Origin: Candidatus Wolframiiraptor sinensis
GTDB lineage: Archaea > Thermoproteota > Nitrososphaeria_A > Caldarchaeales > Wolframiiraptoraceae
DNA: 11,161 bases
Assembly (NCBI GenBank): GCA_023261815.1
Contig: JALNKA010000024.1
Coordinates: 1 to 11,161, forward strand
Direction of reading: 5' to 3'
Shown: one piece after another, positions 6,728-11,161 of the stretch
How positions within the stretch are numbered: the first letter of the stretch is position 1
Layout of the letters: each line of letters starts with the position of its first letter
The notes under the pieces: model-generated
What the model was told of the DNA's origin: nothing
Database searches by the model: none
What the model saw: the letters and a program-made list of their open reading frames with translations, nothing else
Program-made: the position numbers and the translations under genes

Positions 6728-7396
6728 ATGGGCATTGATGCCGTGATCTTCGATCTCGATGGGACGATCACAGACTTCTCGCTTAGGATACTGGATGCGA
6801 GGAAGGAGTTCATTAGAAGGATCAGGAGCATGGGCGTTGATCTGGGAGCGCTCGACGAGCATAGGCCCGCCGAGATCATAATCACCTATCTCGAGAGGTT
6901 TCGCGGGATTCCGAGAGAATGCTCCAGGAGGATCTTGGATGAGTGCATGGAGCCGTATGAGCTCGAGGCGGCCGAGTCGGCTAGGCTGAGGAGCGGTGCA
7001 TCCCGCGTCCTAGAGTCTCTCAAGAGAGCTGGATACAAGATCGGCTTAGCCTCGAATAATAGCGGGAGATGCGTCGGGATCGTGCTCGATGGGCTGGGAC
7101 TTCGCGGCTTCTTCGACGCGATAGTTAGCAGGGATGATGCCATGAGGCTGAAGCCCCATGAGGAGATAGTTGTTAAGGCTATTGAGCGGTTGAATGCGCC
7201 GCCTAGGAGATCGGTTTACGCCGGGGACTCGGCCTCCGACATGATAGCTGGAAGAAGGGCTGGAGCGCGCGTAGTGGCGGTAGCTGGAGGAGCCGACTCG
7301 AGGGACAAGCTTCTCAGAAGCGGCGCGGAGTATATCGTGGATGAGCTTGATGAGCTGATCGGGGTCATAGAGGTCATTGAGGAGAGAGGCTTATAG
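6728..7396 (+). CDS. HAD-superfamily hydrolase (phosphoglycolate phosphatase-like)
   Basis: Motif I IFDLDGT, motif II ASNN, motif III KP, motif IV GDSASD. Confidence 0.93.
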   Translation: MGIDAVIFDLDGTITDFSLRILDARKEFIRRIRSMGVDLGALDEHRPAEIIITYLERFRGIPRECSRRILDECMEPYELEAAESARLRSGASRVLESLKRAGYKIGLASNNSGRCVGIVLDGLGLRGFFDAIVSRDDAMRLKPHEEIVVKAIERLNAPPRRSVYAGDSASDMIAGRRAGARVVAVAGGADSRDKLLRSGAEYIVDELDELIGVIEVIEERGL

Positions 7397-7427
7397 GTGT
7401 GGAGCGCGATTAAACAGCCGGGGCATC

Positions 7428-8969
7428 ATGGAGAAGATCGTACCTGATACGAGCGTGCTGATAAACGGGGCGCTATCGAGGCTTATCGAGGCAAGCGAGA
7501 TCGAGGACTGCGAGCTGATAATTCCACTGGCTGTCATAGACGAGCTCCAAGCGCAGGCGTCGAAGGGAAAAGACATCGGGTTGAAGGGGCTCGAGGAGAT
7601 CAGGAGAATCAGGGAAATCGCGGGAGAGAAGAATATCCGGATAAGGTTTTCGGGCGAGAGGCCCAGCCTCGATGATATAAGGCTGGCTAGAAGCGGGAGG
7701 ATAGATGCCCTGATACGCGATGTCGCGAGGGCTGAGGGAGGAGCCCTCTATACTTCGGACTACGTGCAAGCTCTCGTGGCCGAGGCCGAAGGGATTCCGG
7801 TGAAATACATAGAGCCTTATCGGAGGCCGGAGGAGCCGGCTTACAAGAAGTATCTCGGGCCGGATGTCGTGAGCCTCTATCTTAGGGATGGAATGAGGCC
7901 TCGCGCCGACGTGCTCCGGGATGGAAGGCTGGAGACCATGATACTCGACGATGAGCCATGCAATGAGAATCTGCTCAATGAGATCTTGGAGGAGGTGATG
8001 GCCGTCGCCAGGGTCAGGGAGCGCGCGGACGTGATAATGCTCAGGCCCGAGGCGGTGATCCTTGAGACGGGCGATTACAGGATAAGGATCGTGAAGCCGC
8101 CGCTCTCGGATAGGATGGAGGCCGTGATCCAGAAGAATATCTTAGATCTCGTCTCAGAGGATGCCGTCATCGAGCCCATAGTCGTGGAAGGCTCTTTGAG
8201 ACCTCGTGGAATACTCGTGCTCAACCTCGATGGAGTTTACAGCTTCCCGATCGCAGAGAAGATAGCCGAGAAGCTTCGGGAAAGAGGATTGGAGGCGAGG
8301 ATCATAGGCCGCGCTAGGAGGATCAATGCCTCCGCGCCATACTATGGCCCGCTCGATGGAGACTTGGAGAAAGCGCTGCACCTCGCGCTCTCAAGCCCAT
8401 TAGATTACATCATAATAGACGAGGTGGCGGATTCGAGAGATCTAAAGCTCGTGAAGGATGCCAGGCTCGCGGGCATCGGGGTAATAGCATTCAAGCGGTC
8501 TAAGTTGATCAACGCCGCGCTTGCATCGCTCTTAGAGGTGGTAGGCCCGGCAATCATGCCCCAAGTGATAGACGAGATGGTTCTCATGAGGTGCTCCGGC
8601 ATCTTGGAGATCTTGAGCGTCTCTGCCTCCATAAGGGCGCCGAGCGGCCTAAGCCCTGAATCCGGCATCAGGCACGTGGTGGATATTTCTCGCGCCGGAG
8701 AAAAAATCTACGAGATCTATGAGTTTGATGGGCGCCCAATAATCTCCGATGTTAGAGAGGTTCGTGAGCGGCTTAAGAAAGCCGAGAAGATCGTCGAGGA
8801 AATTCTGAGAGGTTCTGGGCTCAAGGGTGCTGAGCTTGAGGCTCTCTGGCTCGATAAGGCCGTGATCCGCGTCGCCGGGAGAAAGAGGCGAGAGTTAATG
8901 AGACTCCGGAGGAGGATCGTGGAGGAACTGGGAATTGCGGTGGAGTTTAGGGCCCATCTCGGGCGATAA
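7428..8969 (+). CDS. PINA-like protein (PIN nuclease + degenerate PilT/VirB11-type ATPase + degenerate KH domain)
   Basis: N-terminal MEKIVPDTSVLI...IDELQAQASKG...GLEEI...GERP...SGRIDALIR...LYTSDYVQALVAEAEGI is characteristic of the archaeal PIN-ATPase family, as are YGPLDGD, DYIIIDEV, RLAGIG, PQVID, RAPSG and YEIY further on. The start was moved from 7377 to ATG 7428. Confidence 0.85.
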   Translation: MEKIVPDTSVLINGALSRLIEASEIEDCELIIPLAVIDELQAQASKGKDIGLKGLEEIRRIREIAGEKNIRIRFSGERPSLDDIRLARSGRIDALIRDVARAEGGALYTSDYVQALVAEAEGIPVKYIEPYRRPEEPAYKKYLGPDVVSLYLRDGMRPRADVLRDGRLETMILDDEPCNENLLNEILEEVMAVARVRERADVIMLRPEAVILETGDYRIRIVKPPLSDRMEAVIQKNILDLVSEDAVIEPIVVEGSLRPRGILVLNLDGVYSFPIAEKIAEKLRERGLEARIIGRARRINASAPYYGPLDGDLEKALHLALSSPLDYIIIDEVADSRDLKLVKDARLAGIGVIAFKRSKLINAALASLLEVVGPAIMPQVIDEMVLMRCSGILEILSVSASIRAPSGLSPESGIRHVVDISRAGEKIYEIYEFDGRPIISDVREVRERLKKAEKIVEEILRGSGLKGAELEALWLDKAVIRVAGRKRRELMRLRRRIVEELGIAVEFRAHLGR

Positions 8970-9004
8970 GCTTTTTACTTAGAGCCATTTTCCTGCCGAC
9001 GCGG

Positions 9005-9412
9005 ATGAGCTCTAGGAGACGGAGCTTCTCGGAGAAGCTCATCGCGCGGCTTAGATCTGAGACCACCAATACGATAATCGTCGCCATAATCCTGGCGCTC
9101 ACGATCGCGTTTCTCAGCGGCGCGGTATACTCTCTAGTCACAGACCGCCCAATCTCGATAATATTCCTCCCTGATGGGAGCATGCGGGTCTTCCTCTGGG
9201 ATATGAGGTGGCAGACTCACGCCGAGACCATAGTCATCTTCATCTATTATGCTCTCGGGGCGGGAGGACTCCTCCTTTATGCTCGAGCAATCCTAAGGCC
9301 ATCAGACCCCAGAACAACGAAGTACATGCTCTTCTTCAGCTTCCTCCTCCTACTGCTCTCATTCCTCGGGATGTATAGCGGGTATCTAGAGAAGTTCGCT
9401 AGGCCATATTAG
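9005..9412 (+). CDS. 3-TM membrane protein, OST3/OST6/DC2(OSTC)-like
   Basis: Three hydrophobic helices. FLSGAVY...P...G...F....QTHAETIV...GAGGLLL...LLSF...EKFARPY parallels the membrane domain of eukaryotic OST3/OST6 and DC2 (from my recollection of the family). Confidence 0.7.
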   Translation: MSSRRRSFSEKLIARLRSETTNTIIVAIILALTIAFLSGAVYSLVTDRPISIIFLPDGSMRVFLWDMRWQTHAETIVIFIYYALGAGGLLLYARAILRPSDPRTTKYMLFFSFLLLLLSFLGMYSGYLEKFARPY

Positions 9413-10077
9413 GGCGGCTGAGCTGGGGCTAGGCCGAAGCCCGTTATCTTGTAAGTTGTAGCCTCCGCTCTTTCCGGCTTCTCGATCAATATCCTGCCCA
9501 GCCTAGTCTTTGGATCCATCTCGAGCCTGAGAACCGTGTCCGACCAGTATACCAGGATTCTCTGGGCGACCGCTCTGGCCTCGCCCCGATCCGGGATGTC
9601 GTGAACCTGGCCCACAATCATGACCGCGAGACCGTTTCTCAGGGCGGCCTCTTTGAGCGCCGCAACATGGAATGCCAGCCGCCTGTAAACCCGCATATCA
9701 AGCCCGATGTCGCCCGAGAGCTCGAGCCTATGAAGAGCCGTGAAGTCGTCAAAGACCAGCAAACTGGCCGGAGGCCTAGAATCATGTATGCCGAGAATCG
9801 CCCTCTCCTGTGCGCTGAAGCTCTCGACGGATAGTATGTACAGCTTATCCTCATCTCCCCCGAGAGCCCTCATTATCTGCGAGATTCTGGCCGGGTGAAG
9901 CCTGCCGGAGCAGTCGACGTAGGCGGCTGGAAGGCTCCTCGTCGCGAGGGCGCACATCATGAGGGCGAGGCTCGTCTTCCCAGACTTCTCCTCGCCATAA
10001 ACCAGGGTTAAGGTTCCTGTCGCAACCCCTCCTCCCAGCCTCCTATCAAGCGCCGGTAAGCCTGTCGAAAACCTCAT
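9409..10077 (-). CDS. radB: RadB-like RecA-superfamily ATPase
   Basis: STGLPALDRRLGGG, Walker A GEEKSGKT, YVD, LLVFDD Walker B, GQV and SDTVLRL. At 222 aa it lacks the RadA N-terminal domain. Its stop overlaps the convergent gene's stop by 4 nt (TTAG, 9409-9412). Confidence 0.8.
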   Translation of the reverse strand: MRFSTGLPALDRRLGGGVATGTLTLVYGEEKSGKTSLALMMCALATRSLPAAYVDCSGRLHPARISQIMRALGGDEDKLYILSVESFSAQERAILGIHDSRPPASLLVFDDFTALHRLELSGDIGLDMRVYRRLAFHVAALKEAALRNGLAVMIVGQVHDIPDRGEARAVAQRILVYWSDTVLRLEMDPKTRLGRILIEKPERAEATTYKITGFGLAPAQPP

Positions 10078-10238
10078 TCAGCGCGATTAGGAGTCCTTAG
10101 GGCTAGATAAAAATTCGCGCACAAAAACCCCGTCGAGCCATTTTAGAGATTTCTGGAGCCTTAATTCTGAGGTATGAATCGCCGGCGATCTTAGGAATCT
10201 AAGCAAAAATATTAATGGCTCTCTTCGGAACTTTTTGT

Positions 10239-10856
10239 ATGAGATTATTCGAGGTCGGCGGGGTGAAGTACCTTCACCTCTCATGGAAAGATATTGAGGA
10301 TCTCGCTGAGAAGCTCGCCGACAGCATCTCGGCCGGCTATAAGCCCGATGTCGTGGTCGGCATCTTGAGGGGAGGGGCCACCGTGGCCCACCTCCTCTCC
10401 GACTTCCTCGACATTAGGACTATTTACCCGATCGGCTGCAATAGCTACGTGGATGTGGCCAAGAGGTTTAGCGTGAAGGTGTATAGCCCGCTTGCCCTGA
10501 GCGATCTCTCCGGGAAGAGGGTTCTACTAGTTGATGATGTTGCTGATGAAGGGCTGACGCTCAAGGCCGTGGTGGAGCAGGAGATAGCCCCGAAGAACCC
10601 CCTCGAGGTGAAGGTCGCGACACTCCACATGAAGCCTTGGTGCAAGTTCAAGCCAGACTACTATGTCCAGATGACCGATGCATGGATAATTTATCCATGG
10701 GAGAAGAGAGAGGTGGCCCGCCAGGTCGCCGAGAGCTTCATAAAGCATCTCGGGATCGAAGATGGCCTCAAGATGCTCGCAGAGATTCTCGAGGCCGATG
10801 TGGAGAAGGCTAGGAAGCTGCTGAAGTCCATCAAGAGCCTTCCCCTAACGGAGTAG
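10239..10856 (+). CDS. Type I phosphoribosyltransferase (purine PRTase-like)
   Basis: LSWKDI, VVGILRGG, PRPP-binding VLLVDDVADEGLT and KPDYY..WIIYPWE. The start is placed at ATG 10239, ~23 nt after AAAAATATTAAT (10205-10216); GTG 10263 is an alternative. Confidence 0.92.
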   Translation: MRLFEVGGVKYLHLSWKDIEDLAEKLADSISAGYKPDVVVGILRGGATVAHLLSDFLDIRTIYPIGCNSYVDVAKRFSVKVYSPLALSDLSGKRVLLVDDVADEGLTLKAVVEQEIAPKNPLEVKVATLHMKPWCKFKPDYYVQMTDAWIIYPWEKREVARQVAESFIKHLGIEDGLKMLAEILEADVEKARKLLKSIKSLPLTE

Positions 10857-10871
10857 CTCGGGCGCGCCCCT

Positions 10872-11161
10872 GCTGAGCTCGCCGAAAAATACAACAAAGT
10901 TTACATTGATAACACAATATTTCCGAGGATGTGGGATCAGCTGAAGGCGTTGATTGATAATGGTGTGAGGTTTTTTACTTCGCGTGGCCGTGGAAGTGGA
11001 AGAAACTACGCGAGAAATATGTTGAGGAGCTGAGGAAGAGGTTCGGCAGGGAGAAGACCGATTTCGGTGATGCCTATATCTTGTCGAGGATTCGTGATGA
11101 GGTGCCGAAGGCCTTCAGAGAAGTCACGCCTTTGGATGCCGTGTTCAAGCCGTTGCTGATG
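10872..11161 (+). mobile_element. IS110-like transposase remnant (5'-truncated, frameshifted; continues beyond window)
   Basis: AELAEKYNKVYIDNTIFPRMWDQLKALIDNGVR, then a -1 shift at the T6 run (10971-10976), then FYFAWPWKWKKLREKY...REKTDFGDAYILSRI. KTDxxDA (11054-11074) is the hallmark of the IS110 DEDD RuvC-like domain. Confidence 0.55.

Noticed and set aside
7377-7427. N-terminal extension of the PINA-like ORF (TTG start 7377)
   Set aside because: It overlaps the HAD gene, and family similarity begins at MEKIVPDTS (ATG 7428).
10215-10238. Upstream start for the PRTase
   Set aside because: ATG 10215 overlaps the apparent TATA box (10205-10216); ATG 10239 fits a leaderless start.
1689-10856. 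Genome-wide reassignment of TAG to pyrrolysine
   Set aside because: Four genes (ending 3663, 7396, 9412, 10856) terminate at TAG at plausible C-termini, so TAG is an ordinary stop here. No pyl genes or tRNA-Pyl are in the window.
276-10897. Remaining short track ORFs nested in or antisense to the called genes
   Set aside because: They overlap well-supported CDSs and carry no independent motifs; treated as shadow ORFs.

Overview
Archaeal chromosomal window. Archaeal origin is supported by BRE/TATA promoters with leaderless starts, a GGTGA RBS, and RadB-like, PINA-like and archaeal thiolase genes; a TACK/Bathyarchaeia-like host is only my inference. From left to right: (i) an MNT-HEPN toxin-antitoxin pair whose nucleotidyltransferase has an extra N-terminal HTH-like domain; (ii) a PfkB sugar kinase interrupted by a single in-frame TAG; (iii) a ~2.4 kb accessory island (~2211-4617) with gene debris (a frameshifted C2H2 zinc-finger gene, an orphan membrane anchor), a GC palindrome, a helically phased array of six GTAAAC/GTTTAC boxes, and an intact Panacea/YwgA-like antitoxin + PIN toxin pair; (iv) housekeeping-type genes: class II aldolase, thiolase, HAD hydrolase; (v) a PINA-like PIN-ATPase-KH protein whose Walker A and KH GxxG motifs are lost; (vi) a small 3-TM protein resembling eukaryotic OST3/OST6/DC2 oligosaccharyltransferase subunits; (vii) a RadB-like ATPase, a phosphoribosyltransferase and a truncated, frameshifted IS110-like transposase remnant at the right edge. 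All assignments come from reading motifs by eye; no searches were run.
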